Shown here piece by piece: positions 34,569 through 48,470 of a stretch of 64,000 bases of DNA. The notes beneath the pieces are model-generated. The model had not been told where the DNA came from and searched no databases. It saw only the letters and a list, made by a program, of their open reading frames with translations. This stretch comes from Octopus sinensis. Lineage: Eukaryota. The number at the start of each line of letters is the position of its first letter. Positions within the stretch are counted from its first letter, which is position 1. The DNA lies in assembly GCF_006345805.1 (NCBI RefSeq), contig NC_043025.1:10478001-10542000 (forward strand), given 5' to 3'. A program made the translations under genes and the position numbers.

Positions 34569-36142
34569 GTGAGTCGATTTATTAATTTATATCAGGCATT
34601 CCTTCGATATAACTCGACAAAATCAAAGCATTTCACTTGGGGTATTTCCTTGGGCTGTGGAATATAGATGTAACGAAATTATACTTATTTCTTTATTACC
34701 CACAAGGGGCTAAACATAGAGGGGACAAACAAGGACAGACGTAGGTATTAAGTCGATTACATCGACCCCAGTGCGTAACTGGTACTTAATTTATCGACCC
34801 CGAAAGGATGAAAGGCAAAGTCGACCTCGGTAGAATTTGAACTCAGAACGTAGCGGCAGACGAAATACCTATTTCTTTACTACCCACAAGGGGCTAAACA
34901 CAGAGGGGACAAACAAGGACAGACATATGTATTAAGTCGATTACATCAACCCCAGTGCGTAACTGGTACTTAATTTATCGACCCCGAAAGGATGAAAGGC
35001 AAAGTCGACCTCGGCGGAATTTGAACTCAGAACGTATGGGCGATTATACCAGCAATGTCTCGTTTTAAACTTGAAGAAAAAATGCCTTGCATATATTTGT
35101 TCTTAACTGTTTCGTGTTTAAATGTAAAATCCGCAAATTTACAAGCAGAAAACCGAATCGAACTATCATCTGCTTCCACGGAAATACCCAAAGTGAAATG
35201 TTTTGATTTTGTCGAGTTATATCGAAAGAATGCCTTATGTTAACTTGTAGAATAGCATTAGCAGAAGTGGAACATATATATATATATATATATATATATG
35301 TTAGGTGGGATTCTGCATCACTACTTAAGAAGAGCGGTCCCGGTGCGCGCACTCGCGCTAGCTAGTCGTGACTAGTCGATCCTTACTTTGTGTTTTTGTT
35401 TTATTTTGGGATCTTTTCGGTTTGAACGGCAGTTTTTTCTAGTGGTGTCATATGAAATTGTCACCCATAATTATGACCCTGGTATCGATCTATTGTATTT
35501 CAATTTGTTTTAGGGGTGGGGGGAAGGGTATCTTTTTTTCTTCAGAAATGTAAATAAACCCAATCTGTTTCTTAAACGAGAGACATTTTCATACGGCACA
35601 GAATGTTTTCTTACCTCAATGGACGTCATTGATTGGTTGAAATCGCAGAAATTGAAGTAAAAAAAAACAACAAATATCTTACAAACTATAGAATTGTCTC
35701 AATAAAGCCAAGAGAAAAAGATGTTTTATAAACACATTCTACCAGTATACGAAGTTTAAAAGTGTTTAGTTACCTAGAAATTATTTTTAAAAACTGCCGT
35801 TCAAACCGAAAAGATCCAGTAATAGTAATTAATAATACACTACTAGCAATATAATTAGCGAAAAGCTATTAACAATATACTTAGCGACTCAATGGTCTTT
35901 GATCTGGGCACAAGAGTAGCATTTTTGTGGGGGAGTAGATAAGTCGATACTCTGGCTCCCTTACAAACTATAGAAATTTCTCAATAAAGCCAAGAGAAAA
36001 AGATGTTTTATAAACACATTCTACCAGTATACGAAGTTTAAAAGTGTTTAGTTGCGTGGAAATTATTTTAAAAAACTGCCGGTCAAACGGAAAAGATCCC
36101 AGCTGGCTTGTCTTTACACTTTCCTTCCCTTTCTCTTTTTAG

Positions 36143-36269
36143 ATGCCCTTAATTCAAGGCAAGCAATCCATTGCTCTCCAGTTCCCTTCTGTGAGTGCAA
36201 ACCACCAAACCAATTCGATGTTAAAATGCTGGATATTTTAGTGTGTCCTCTTTCAAAGAAGCCTTTGAG
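36143..36269 (+). CDS. PYURF: PYURF/PREY exon 2 (Trm112-like domain, N-half)
   Basis: ctttttAG acceptor and AG|GTACGT donor. Encodes (Y)ALNSRQAIHCSPVPFCECKPPNQFDVKMLDILVCPLSKKPL(R); LVCPLSKKPLR is the PREY signature. Confidence 0.92.
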
Positions 36270-37193
36270 GTACGTTATACTTGTTACTCTTTTACTTGCT
36301 TCAGTCATTGGACTGTGACTGGCCATGCTGGGGCACCACCTTAAAGAGATTTAGTCAAACAAATCAACTCCAGTACTTACTGTTTACTCTTTTACTTGTT
36401 TCAGTCATTTGACTGCTGCCATGCTGGAGCACCGCCTTTAATCAGGCAACTCGACCCCGGGACTTATTCTTTTGTAAGCCCAGTACTTAGTCTATCAGTC
36501 TCTTTTGCCGAACCGCTAAGTGACGGGGACATAAACACACCAGCATTGGTGCTAGGGGGACAAACACAAACACACACAAACATGCACATACATATATACG
36601 ATGGGCTTCTTTCAGTTTCCGTCTACCAAATCCACTCACAAGGTTTGGTTGGTCCGAGGCTATAGTAGAAGACACTTGCCCAAGGTGCCACGCAGTGGGA
36701 CTGAACCCGGAACCATGTGGTTGGTAAGCGAGCTACTTACCACACAGCCACTCCTGCGCCTTTTTTTTTAAAGTTTGGTTTATATTCTACTTCTCTTTAT
36801 TTTGCTGAAACCACTAAGGTACAGGGATGTAAACAAACCAATACCTGTTGCCAAGTGATTTGTGAGTAGAAAAGAGTCAGAAGTTCTATTTTCCTTGGGT
36901 TTTGGAAAAAGGGATGTTTTGAGAGTGGCTTTATGAATGTGTCTATACACACATATACGACAGGCATCTTTCATTGTCTGTCAACTAGATCCACTCTAGT
37001 GGCTTTGGTCAGCCCAGAGCTATAGTAGAAGAGACTTGTCCAAGGTGTCGTGGAATAGGACTGATCCCAGAACCAGATGGTTGTGAAGCAAACTTTTTAC
37101 CACACATCTATACCTGCACTCAGGGTGGCGAGCTGGCAGAATCATTAACACGCCAGGCAAAATGCTTAGAGGTATTTCGTCTACTGTTACGTA

Positions 37194-37567
37194 GTGGAGG
37201 CGCAATGGCCCAGTGGTTACGGCAGCGGACTCGCGGTTTCGATTCCCAGACCGGGCGTTGTGAGTGTTTATTGAGCGAAAACACCTAAAGCTCCACGAGG
37301 CTCCGGCAGGGGATGGTGGTGACCCCTACTGTACTCTTTCACCACAACTTTCTCTCACTCTTACTTCCTGTTTCTGTTGTACCTGTATTTCAAAGGGCCG
37401 GTCTTGTCACTCTCTGTGTCATGCTGAATATCCCCGAGAACTACATTAAGGGTACACGTGTCTGTGGAGTGCTCAGCCACTTACACGTTAATTTCACAAG
37501 CAAGCTGTTCCGTTGATTCAGATCAACCGGAACCCTCGTTGTCGTAACCGACAGAGTGCTTCCAACA
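37194..37567 (+). mobile_element. tRNA-derived SINE family 4 inserted into a family-2 SINE in PYURF intron 2
   Basis: A box tggcccagtgg, B box ggtttcgattccc; 10-bp TSD actgttacgt at 37183-37192 and 37568-37577. Confidence 0.85.
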
Positions 37568-37687
37568 ACTGTTACGTGCTGAGTTCAAATTCCACCAAGG
37601 TTGACTTTGCCACATGCCTTCACATGCACATATAGATACACATTTTCATATTTAATATCTGATTTCCATTTTTTTTTCTATCTTCAG

Positions 37688-37814
37688 GTATGATGCTGAG
37701 AATGAAGAACTTGTCTGCGAGGAGCTCCAGGTTGCTTATCCAATCACCGATGGCATACCAAATTTGGTACCAACAGATGCTCGCATGTTAAACCCAAAAC
37801 AACAGGAACAATAA
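37688..37814 (+). CDS. PYURF: PYURF/PREY exon 3 (last coding exon)
   Basis: tcttcAG acceptor with matching phase 2. Encodes (R)YDAENEELVCEELQVAYPITDGIPNLVPQDARMLNPKQQEQ*, resembling PREY AYPIIDGIPNMIPQAAR. Spliced protein is 97 aa. Confidence 0.92.
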
Positions 37815-40539
37815 CAGTGTGTTTATTTCATACTCTTTACTCTTTTACTCGTTTCAGTCATGTGACTGCGGCCATGCTGGAGCACTGCCTTTAGTCGAGC
37901 AAATCGACCCCAGGACTTATTCTTTGTAAGCCTAGTACTTATTTTACTGGTCTCTTTTTTGCCGAACCGCTAAGTTACGGGGACGTAAACACACCAGCAT
38001 TGGTTGTCAAGCGATGTTGGGAGAACAAACACAGACACACAAACACGCACATACATATATACGACAGGCTTCTTTCAGTTTCCATCTACCAAATCCATCG
38101 GCCCGAGGCTATAGTAGAAGACACTTACCCAAGGTGCCACGCAGTGGGACTGAACCCAGAACCATGTGGTTCGTAAGCAAGCTACTTACCACACAGCCAC
38201 CCCTTATGCCTATTGTCTTTCCTGACAAACCATTACATTATGGGGACGTAAACAAACCAGCACTGGTTGTCCAGGATTGTGTTGGGGGTTGGGTCACAGA
38301 GACACACACACACACACACACGTATCTACCATGATCACCAAATGGATTCACTTTGCTTGAATTTACATTGGTGGCACGAATGATTTTAAGTGCAGTTATT
38401 TTGCACATCTGAGCTCTTTCACATGTTGAGCTAGAAGACAATTTACCTCCCTCACACATATCTGCTATCTCAAGCCTGAGGTCATACCCTATAACCTATT
38501 TCTTTACTACCCACAAGGGGCTAAACACAGAGGGGACAAACAAGGACAGACAAACAGATTAAGTCGATTATATCGACCCCAGTACGTAACTGGTACTTAT
38601 TTAATCGACCCCGAAAGGATGAAAGTCAACCTCGGCGGAATTTGAACTCAGAACGTAATGGAAGACGAAATACCTATTTCTTTACTACCCACAAGGGGCT
38701 AAACACAGAGGGGACAAACGGATTAAGTCGATTATATCGACCCCAGTGCATAACTGGTACTTATTTAATCGACCCCGAAAGGATGAAAGGCAAACTCGAC
38801 GGCATTTTAACTCAGAACATAACGGCAGACGAAATACGGTTACGCATTTCGCCGGCGTGCTAATGTTTCTACCAGCTTGCCACCTTGTACCCTATAACCT
38901 ACAACCTATAATATTATTCATCCATTTCTTTATTAGTATACAAAATAATCACGTTTGTACAAGCAATAAAAGAAAAGTTATAACAATTTTAAAATAGTAG
39001 TTGTTCATGTCTTTTGTTCCCTCAAAAATAATGCAATGGCAAGGAAAACAATTCTAGGGGAAAATCAGTGTGATGAAGGTTCGAAGGATCTTTGGATCTT
39101 TTCATTTGAATTTTTACTGGAAATTCTCTGTTAAGGAACAGTGAACAACAAAGGGATTCGAGAATGGAAAGAAATTACGGCGCAGGAGTGGCTGTGTGGT
39201 AAGTAGCTTGCTAACCAACCACATGGTTCCAGGTTCAGTCCCACTGCGTGGCATCTTGGGTAAGTGTCTTCTGCTATAGCCCCGGGCTGACCAATGCCTT
39301 GTGAGTGGATTTGGTAGACGGAAACTGAAAGAAGCCCATCGTGTATATGTTTATGTATGTGTATGTGTGTCTGTGTTTGTCTCCCTAGCATTGCTTGACA
39401 ACCGATGCTGGTGTGTTTATGTCCCCGTCACTTAGCAGTTCGGCAAATGAGACCGATAGAATAAGTACTGGGCTTACAAAGAATAAGTCCCGGGGTCGAT
39501 TTGCTCGACTAAAGGCGGTGCTCCAGCATGGCCGCAGTCAAATGACTGAGACAAGTAGAAGAATAATGCAAATATGAATTGTAAAACAAACGAACAAAAA
39601 CAATTCATTTACTGCATCATATCCCCTACAATTAACAGAGAATTTTATCAGCAGATCGGGAAAAAAATTAATGCATCAGTTTAGGATACAACAAATTAAA
39701 GATCCATCTTTTAGACATGTTGAAATTAATGGGGGGAAAACACAGATGAGGAAATTAAGAAACTGGTTTTTGCCGAAGACTTTAAGAAAAAGATTTGTTT
39801 GTGACTATGATATCAGTAAAGCATCATTCTCTCAAAAAGATGTCCTAACTACTCACAACTATATTTCACACAACACGCAAAAACTTCCTTCTAAAAGGCT
39901 TCTGTTTTTAAAGATTTTTTTTATATATGTTTATTTTAAGAAAATTTTTTCTCCAAATATAGATCTATTTACATAGCTATATACATATGTATACATGCGC
40001 AAGTGTATATATAATATATATTATACACACGCATATACATATAATTTACGTATTTACATATATACATTTATATACATACACATGTATTTATATACACACT
40101 AATATACATATATTCATATACATGTATTTAAAATACATGAGTATATATGTAAATGCATACATGTGTATATGCATGTTTGTGCTCATGCATGCATACACAC
40201 ACACATATATATCTATACACACAGACACAAATAAGTGTTTAGACATGTATATATATACATATATGTGTGTGTGTGTGTATATGTATGCATGTGAGTATGT
40301 ATATATATATATATACACACATATCTAAACTGACCTTATGTGGTCAAATACAGAACTTTATAATATCACATTTACCAAAACACTACCAAAATTATTTCAC
40401 TCCATCCCAGCAGGCCGTCAGCTGCCAGCAACATTATTATCATCACTGCTTTCGTCAGTGCCAACCCCTCCTGCGAATCTCCAAGTTGTAAAACCTCAAT
40501 CAAATCACGTAGGAAGGGCCATGTAAATGCTTTTCTAAT

Positions 40540-40674
40540 TCATGAATTTGTGTTCTCATTCCTTGGACATTTGCCAGTTGATTTGCGCTGTTCGTGGACA
40601 AGGGGTCTTTTGCCAAGCTGGGTCCCCGTTCCTGTGGTTTCAGCTCCGTTGTCCTGGACAGTGAGAACATTGAC
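40540..40674 (-). CDS. UBE2T: Probable UBE2T exon 6 (disordered C-terminal tail)
   Basis: ttttttctcttgtAG acceptor; phase-0 reading VNVLTVQDNGAETTGTGTQLGKRPLVHEQRKSTGKCPRNENTNS* gives about 202 aa in total. No homology support for the tail; assignment rests on splice signal and position. Confidence 0.55.
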   Translation of the reverse strand, partial: VNVLTVQDNGAETTGTGTQLGKRPLVHEQRKSTGKCPRNENTNS

Positions 40675-42777
40675 CTACAAGAGAAAAAAATTAAAATTAA
40701 AATTAAATTATATTTTAATCTTTTAGATTATTCTGTTAAACGTAATGCTTATTTACTCTTTCTCTTTCTCTTTTACTTGTTTCAGTCATTTGACTGCAGC
40801 CATGCTGGAGCACCGCCTTTAGTCAAGCACATCGACCCCGGGACTTATTCTTTTGTAAGCCCAGTACTTATTCTATCGGTCTCTTTTGCCGAACCACTAA
40901 GTAACGGGGACATAAACACACCAGCATCGGTTGTCAAGCAATGCTAGGGGGACAAACACAGACACACAAACACACACATACACACATATATATATATATA
41001 TATATACATATATACGACAGGCTTCTTTCAGTTTCCGTCTACCAAATCCACTCACAAGGCATTGGTCGGCCCAAGGCTATAGTAGAAGACACTTGCACAA
41101 GGTGCCACGCAGTGGGACTGAACCCGGAACCATGTGGTTGGTAAGCAAGCTACTTACCACACAGCCACTCCTGGGGCCAATATTTACTCACATTGTTTTG
41201 AATTAATTATGGATTATCTTGTAGCTTTGAGATTTTCATGATGTGAATGCTTATTTTTAGAAGGATATTGTAGGGTAGGTGTAAGAGGCTGGATCTGACT
41301 AGTTTGAACATAAAACGTGCAGAATATTTTGGTAGGAGATGACCAATTTGAATGCTAAAGGGTAAAAAATCTTTTATCTTTTACTGGACTAAAATCATGT
41401 AGGGGCACTGCCCTGAAGGGTTTTATTTGAACATATTAACCTCCTTCAGTTCATCAGTTTCTTTTGCCAAAGTTACAGGGATGTAAAGAAACTGACACCA
41501 GTTGAGAAGCAGTGAGCAAACACATAGATATATATTCTTTTCCTTGTTTCAATATAAAAGTGAAGTTGTGTGTCTGTCTCCTACGATTTAGATTCCTAAC
41601 TACTCCCCCATTTTGCGGTGCAGTTTAACCAAAAGCGGGTATCTTATAGTCGTGATTCATATCGAGCCCTTCTGGGTATTAGCGCGCGTCTACAATTTAA
41701 AAAAAATTTACCATCATTTTTTTTTCCATTTAGGAAAATATAAGGGAAGTAACTCTCTAAAAATGTCTACGATGAGTCAACGATTTAAAAAAAAAATTAC
41801 CATCATTTTTTTCCATTTTTAATGCATTTTTTTGCTATTTTTTGGCTATAACTCTCTAAAAATGCTTATATAGTTATTTCCCTTACAAACCCGAGCAACG
41901 CCGGGCGATACTGCTAGTCTATAATAGATTAAAATTATAATGCATATTAAAAAACAATATCCTCAAAATAGCTCTACATACATACATATATACATACATG
42001 TATATATAATATATATGACAGGCTTCTTTCAGTTTCCGTTTGCCAAATCCACTCGCAAGGCTTTGATTGGCCCGAGACTACACTAGAAGTCACTTGACCA
42101 AGATGCCATACAGTGGAAGTGAACCCGAAACCATGTGGTCGGGAAACAAGCTTCTTACCACACTGCCATGCCTGAGCCTATATATTTATGTAGTAAATGT
42201 TCCGCAAGCACGTCAGAAAATTGAATCCTCAGCTTGCTCCGCTTGCCAAAAGGTTTGCAAGGCACCACTAGCCCTCAAGGGACACATACCTGTCCATAGA
42301 ACAGGGTTACTGCTTTATTTTACTCAACCCTCATTTGTCATTCGTTACAAGAGAATCCATCATCATCGTTTAACATCCATTTCCATGCTGGCATGGGTTG
42401 GACGGTTTGACTGAGGACTGGCAACCCAGTAGGCCGCACCAGGCTCCAATCTTGATCTGGCAGAGTTTCTACAGCTGGATGCCCTTCCTAACGCCAACCA
42501 CTCTGAGAGTGTAGTGAGTGCTTTTTACATGCCACCGATACCAGACTCCAATCTGATCTGGCAGAGTTTCTACAGCTGGATGCCCTTCCTAACGCCAACC
42601 ACTCTGAGGGCGTAGTGAGTGCTTTTCATGTGCCACCGGCACAGGAGTCAGTCAGATGCCACTTGGCATCAACCACATTCGAACAGTGCCCTTTACATGC
42701 TACCAGCACGGGTGCCAGTCAGGCGGCACTGGCATCGACCCAAGCTCTAATGGTGCTTATTACATGCCACCAAGAAC

Positions 42778-42845
<68 letters not shown>

Positions 42846-43434
42846 TGTTGCATATTCTGAAGATCTTGTGTTTAAAACATATAAATAAAATCTGGATTCT
42901 TTTTTTTAATAGTTGAAAAAGGTGGAGTGGGGATCTCTCTCTTAATCTTTCTGTCTTTCATCATCATCATCATCGTTTAACGTCCGTTCTCCATGCCAGC
43001 ATGGGTTGGACGGTTCGACCGGGGATCTGGGAAGCCAGGAGGCTGCGCCAGGCTCCAGTCTGATCTGGCAGTGTTTCTACAGTTGGATGCCCTTCCTAAC
43101 GCCAACCACTCCGTGAGTGTAGTGGGTGCTTTTTACGTGCCAGGTGAGGCTGGCAACGGCCACGATCGGTTGGTGCTTTTTACGTGCCACTTTCCATAAT
43201 AATCTCTCTCTTTCCATCTCTTCATATCTCTCTCCCTCTTTCTTTCAATCTCTTTCTCTCTCTCTCTCTTTCCTTCTTTGTCACTTAATCTCTTTCTCTG
43301 TCTCTTAATTCTCTCTCACATCTTTCTATCTCTAAATCTCTTTCTTTCCACCTCCATTTCTTTGGCTCTTAATCTGTCTGTCTTTCTCTTTCTCTCTCTC
43401 AGAAGGTTGAGGGTAAAATAAAAGAACCACTGAC

Positions 43435-43524
43435 CACAGTTGCGGAGTTTCCTGAAGCATGCTTCTTGGTGTAGGATGCAGCTTTCAGCAAAAATTCTGA
43501 CTTTTTGTATTTAAATTCCTCAGC
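43435..43524 (-). CDS. UBE2T: UBE2T exon 5
   Basis: ttatAG acceptor; AEEFKYKKSEFLLKAASYTKKHASGNSATV resembles the last UBC helix. Donor assumed to be G|GTCAGT. Confidence 0.85.
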
Positions 43525-43539
43525 CTATAAAAGAAAGAA

Positions 43540-43674
43540 GTAGTAGTAGTAGCAGCAGCAGCAGCAGTAGTAGCAGTAGTAGTAGTGGTAGTAGTAGCAG
43601 TAGTGGTAGTAGTAGCAGTAGTGGTAGTAGTAGTAGTATAAATTGTAGTAGTAGTAGTAGCAGTAGTATAAATT

Positions 43675-43711
<37 letters not shown>

Positions 43712-43791
43712 TAGTAGCAGTAGTGGTAGTAGTAGCAGTAGTGGTAGTAGTAGTAGTATAAATTGTAGTAGTAGTAGCAGTAGTATAAATT

Positions 43792-43828
<37 letters not shown>

Positions 43829-43890
43829 TAGTAGCAGTAGTGGTAGTAGTAGCAGTAGTAGTAGTAGTAGCAGCAGCAGCAGTAGAAATT

Positions 43891-43924
<34 letters not shown>

Positions 43925-44007
43925 TAGTAGCAGTAGTGGTAGTAGTAGCAGTAGTGGTAGTAGTAGTAGTATAAATTGTAGTAGTAGTAGTAGCAGTAGT
44001 ATAAATT

Positions 44008-44050
<43 letters not shown>

Positions 44051-44112
44051 TAGTAGCAGTAGTGGTAGTAGTAGCAGTAGTAGTAGTAGTAGCAGCAGCA
44101 GCAGTAGAAATT

Positions 44113-44149
<37 letters not shown>

Positions 44150-44312
44150 CAGTAGTGGTAGTAGTAGCAGTAGTGGTAGTAGTAGTAGTATAAATTGTAG
44201 TAGTAGTAGTAGCAGTAGTATAAATTGTAGCAGTAGTAGTGGTAGCAGCAGCAGCTGTAGTAGTAGCAGCAGTAGTAGTAGAGGGGTAGGGGATTGGTGG
44301 TGGTAGTAGTAG
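43540..44312. repeat. (GTA)n/(GCA)n microsatellite with higher-order duplication, filling UBE2T intron 4
   Basis: agtagaaatt recurs at 43881 and 44103; ataaattg interruptions recur periodically. Confidence 0.95.
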
Positions 44313-44453
44313 TTTTCGAATTTTGGCACAAGGCCAGCAGTTTTGAGTGTTTTTTTTTTACAAGGCACATTTGTTTTTAGGATCTCAATTCTGTTGTGGT
44401 GGGCAGGTAAAGATTTGAAGAACAAGAAAAAGAGAAAAATTAAAGGGTCTTAC

Positions 44454-44552
44454 AATGTCGGCCATTAAGGGGTCATCAGGATTAGGGTCATTCATAAGCA
44501 CCAGTATAGAGGTCAGCACTGTACTGATATTCAAACATGGCTTCCAGCCACC
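44454..44552 (-). CDS. UBE2T: UBE2T exon 4
   Basis: GGWKPCLNISTVLTSILVLMNDPNPDDPLMADI; cAG acceptor, GTAAGA donor, phase 0-0. Confidence 0.95.
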
Positions 44553-44784
44553 CTGAAAGAGAAAGAGAAACATACAGGGGAATTAGGGGTCATCTTTAAG
44601 ACATGAACAAGTATATGTGTGTGTATCAGTGTGGAGGGCCACTCTTGCGTCTCGAAGACAATCTGAAGCAATGCAACTTCCCCTTTTCTTCTTTGGAAAA
44701 GAAAACATCAGAATACGGGACTTGGCACCAGTCTTGCTTCTCCTCAGTTCAAAGCCTTGAGCAAAATCAAATCAACAAGTCATC

Positions 44785-45110
44785 CTAATGAGACGTCTGC
44801 GTTGGCTGGGTCATGCCCTCCGTCGTCAACCAGGAGAATTCATCTATGAAGCAATTGCCCAAGCTCCCCTTCAGGGTTGGCGAAAGCGATGTGGTGGACA
44901 ACGAAAAACCTGGCTGATGAGTCAAGGCTGATCTGGAACCCAACCTACGAAGCTATTGCCCCAGCTCCCATTCAGGGTTGGCGAAAGCAATGTGGTGGAC
45001 AACGAAAAACCTGGCTGATGACAGTCAAGGCTGATCTGGAACCCAACCTAGGCCGCCATATCTACAGCATTCGCCGCTGGAATAAAGAGTGGTCAGAGAA
45101 AGAAACTCAT
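44785..45110 (+). mobile_element. RTE-clade LINE ORF 3' remnant with internal duplication (in UBE2T intron 3)
   Basis: RRLRWLGHALRR...GWRKRCGGQRKTW motif, repeated after about 100 bp. Confidence 0.75.
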
Positions 45111-45475
45111 ACTGGCTTTTGGTGCAAAATGCACTCTTGTTTATATCACTAGCAGGGAGATAAATCCGCACAGTCTCCAGCGCTGAGACTTAATTTCAAC
45201 CTTCTTTGGTCTTGTTAATGATGGACAATCAACCGCTAGAGATAGCAGCAACTCATCTCACCATCAGTGATACATAGAACAGTGCCAGAACAGGCACTGG
45301 TGTGACAATTAGCCAGTGAGCTTATTTAAAAATATATAGAGTGAGCCAGAATTCATGACTAACTTAGTTATATTTCTTAATATGCTTATTTTATTATTAT
45401 TGTGTTGTTTAAATTTATTATTTCATTTCTTAATGCAAGAGGTCAACAAAAATATACTTTAAAAACAAAAGGTTA

Positions 45476-45604
<129 letters not shown>

Positions 45605-46542
45605 TTAGTGAGAGAGTGAGAGGGAAAATAAAAATTAAATGATTAAATATCTGGTTGTTGCTAATTAAGGTTATAATTGTGGAGAGGAGTGGCTTATTGG
45701 TTTCAATTCCTGGACCAGGCAATGCATTGTTCTTGAACAAAACACTTCATTACACGTTGGTCCTGTCCACTGAGCTGGCACAAAGAGAGTAGCCCTGTGA
45801 TAGACCAGTGACCCACCCAGGGGAGTGGGATGATATCATCATCATCCTTCAACATGTTTTCCATGCTGGCATAGGTTGAACCAAAGCTAGCAAGCAGGAG
45901 AACTGCACCAAGCTCCAGTCATCTAATTTGGCCTGGTTTCTATAAATGGATGCCCTTCCAAATGCCAACCACTTTACAGAATGTGCCAGGTGCTATTAAT
46001 GTGGAACTGGCATGGGTGCTATTACATGACACCAGCAAGGAATCCAGAAAACCAACCTTATAAGAAAGCCTATGATTCAGTAAAGGCCTCTGATCCATTT
46101 GTTGAAGGTTTCAGTAAAGACTAGGACCTAAGGAATATGAAAGGGATTGAACCTAGAAAGTTCCCTTCCAAGGCACAAAATCGGGCAAGGTTGTTTATGG
46201 AAGACCAGTAATCATCCATGCACTTCAGTGGCATGTAGAAAGCACCCACAACACTCTCGGAGTGGTTGGCATTAGGAAGGGCATCCAGCAGTAGAAACTC
46301 TGCCAGATCAAGATTGGAGCCTGGTGCAACCATCTGGTTAACCAGTCCTCAGTCAAATCGTCCAACCCATGCTAGCATGGAAAGCGGACGTTGAACGATG
46401 ATGATTAAAAGCCATATACGTTGTTCTTTTGGAGCACTGCCTTGAGGGATTTAGCCAAGCATTGATAGTACTTATGGGAAGAAGACATTAAAATGAAAAT
46501 GAAAATGAAAGTGAAACAAAATGACGCTTTTCTAATACTCAC

Positions 46543-46612
46543 CGTTCAGGGAGATGGATGCTCAGCTTGAAAACTCCGCCTTCATAAGGAGTACCACTGC
46601 CACCAATGATTT
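46543..46612 (-). CDS. UBE2T: UBE2T exon 2
   Basis: ttttcAG acceptor and GTGAGT donor; (Q)IIGGSGTPYEGGVFKLSIHLPE(R). Confidence 0.93.
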
Positions 46613-48470
46613 CTGAAAATAATACTCATTACCATTAGATGTCGTAGAAAATGAAATTTCTTTTTAAAAAGTAGCATTTAATGCTAAAAACAGCAATGTA
46701 CAAGAACAGCTTCCTTCTGGGTGTGTTTTTTTATCTTCATCTTCAAGTTAAATTTAGGAAGGGCTACCCAGCCATACAAACCATGCCAAAACTTAAATCG
46801 TCGTTTGATGCAGCCCAGTGGCCTGTCAGATCCTGTCCAATCAGACATATTTTAAAAACTAGCATTTAATGCTAAAAATGGTGATATGTTAGGACAGTTA
46901 CCTTACTCTCACTTTTACTCTTTTACTTGTTTCAGTCATTTGACTGCGGCCATGCTGGAGCACCACCTTTAATCAAGCAACTCAACCCCGGGACTTATTC
47001 ATTGTAAGCCCAGTACTTATTCTATCGGTCTCTTTTGCCGAACCGCTAAGTGACGGGGACGTAAAGACACCAGCATCGGTTGTCAAGCAATGTTGGGGGG
47101 GACAAATACAGACACACAAACACACACATACATATATATATATATACATATATACGACAGGCTTCTTTCAGTTTCTGTCTACCAAATCCACTCACAAGGC
47201 ATTGGTCGGCCCAAGGCTATAGTAGAAGACACTTGCCCAAAGTGCCATGCAGTGGGATTGAACCCGGAACCATGTGGTTGGTAAACAAGCTACTTACCAC
47301 ACAGCCACTCCTGCGCCTTCTGATGTTTTTTTTTTTAATTTTATTTAAGATGGGCTACCGGCCATAGAAACCAGGCTAAAACTGACATCATGGTCTGGCA
47401 CAACCCAGTTACAAAGAAATTATATTAAAAAATCTGCCGGTCAAAGTGAAAAGATCCGAATATGCTTCGAAACACGAACTCACATAAAGAATCTTGCAAA
47501 CCAAATCCAAAAACGAAATATTTTCCCGAAATTTCTGAGTAAAAAAAGGCTGACTCCTGTGAATTTTCCGAAACTCATCACCCTACCCTCCGGAAAAGTC
47601 TTTCACCGCATATTCCGATATAATCAGAATAAACACCATCTGAAGCATATTTGTAGAAAATGTCATTTAAAAATAACAAATTTTCTGGAAGTTATGAGGC
47701 AATAAAGACAGAGGCGGGGGGCACGCGTGTGTAGATTTTGTTACTACCAATATCTATAACGTCAGCATTTAATTTTTCGGCGTAACTTCGTTTTTTTTGG
47801 CAATCTTTCGTCTCTAGTAGACCTTTCCGTCGATTTCCGTAAACAAATTTTATTTTTTTTACATATAGGCTTGCGGGAACTTTTGAAGTAATGAGAGCGA
47901 AAGAGACTAAGAGAAAGCGATTGCATGACGAGGGAAGTTCTTTTGAAGTTACCGTGCATGTGAAGCATTGATGTACATGTGTGTGTGTCTGTGTGTTTGA
48001 TGGGGTGTGGGAGACAGACAGTATGTTGTGTAAGTGAAGTGCTTCTGTTAGTGTGTGTGAAGAGACAGAGAGAGTAATGTGTCTCTTTCGCTCTCATTAC
48101 TTCAAAAGTTCCCGCAAGCCCATATGTAAAATAAAAAAAAAATTTTTACGGAAATCGACGGAAAGGTCTACTAGAGACGAAAGATCGCCTTTTTTTATAT
48201 AGGGGTTAGGGGTGGGAGAAAAGGGTTTCTTCAGAAATGTAAAACCACTTCCGGTACTTACAGGATCGCCAAATTTTCCTTTTCATAATCACAATTGTAA
48301 TCTACACCTTCGAAAAGGTATCTCTATGAAATTTCATTTACAAATATGTATCCTTCAAAAAGTTACAAGACTAAGTTTGTGGGGCCCTAAACTGTAGTTA
48401 AGCTTACAGAAATACAGAGAGCGCGGTCACAAAGGTAACGGATGGTACTGACTAAGAAATGGTTACATAC

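Noticed and set aside
40500-40674. Alternative frame of UBE2T exon 6 (…MRTQIHELEKHLHGPSYVI*)
   Set aside because: It needs a phase-2 upstream donor, which I could not find after exon 5; RNA-seq junctions would settle it.
43520-44425. Poly-Leu/poly-Tyr ORFs
   Set aside because: (GTA)n microsatellite in an intron; only 44454-44552 and 43435-43524 are coding.
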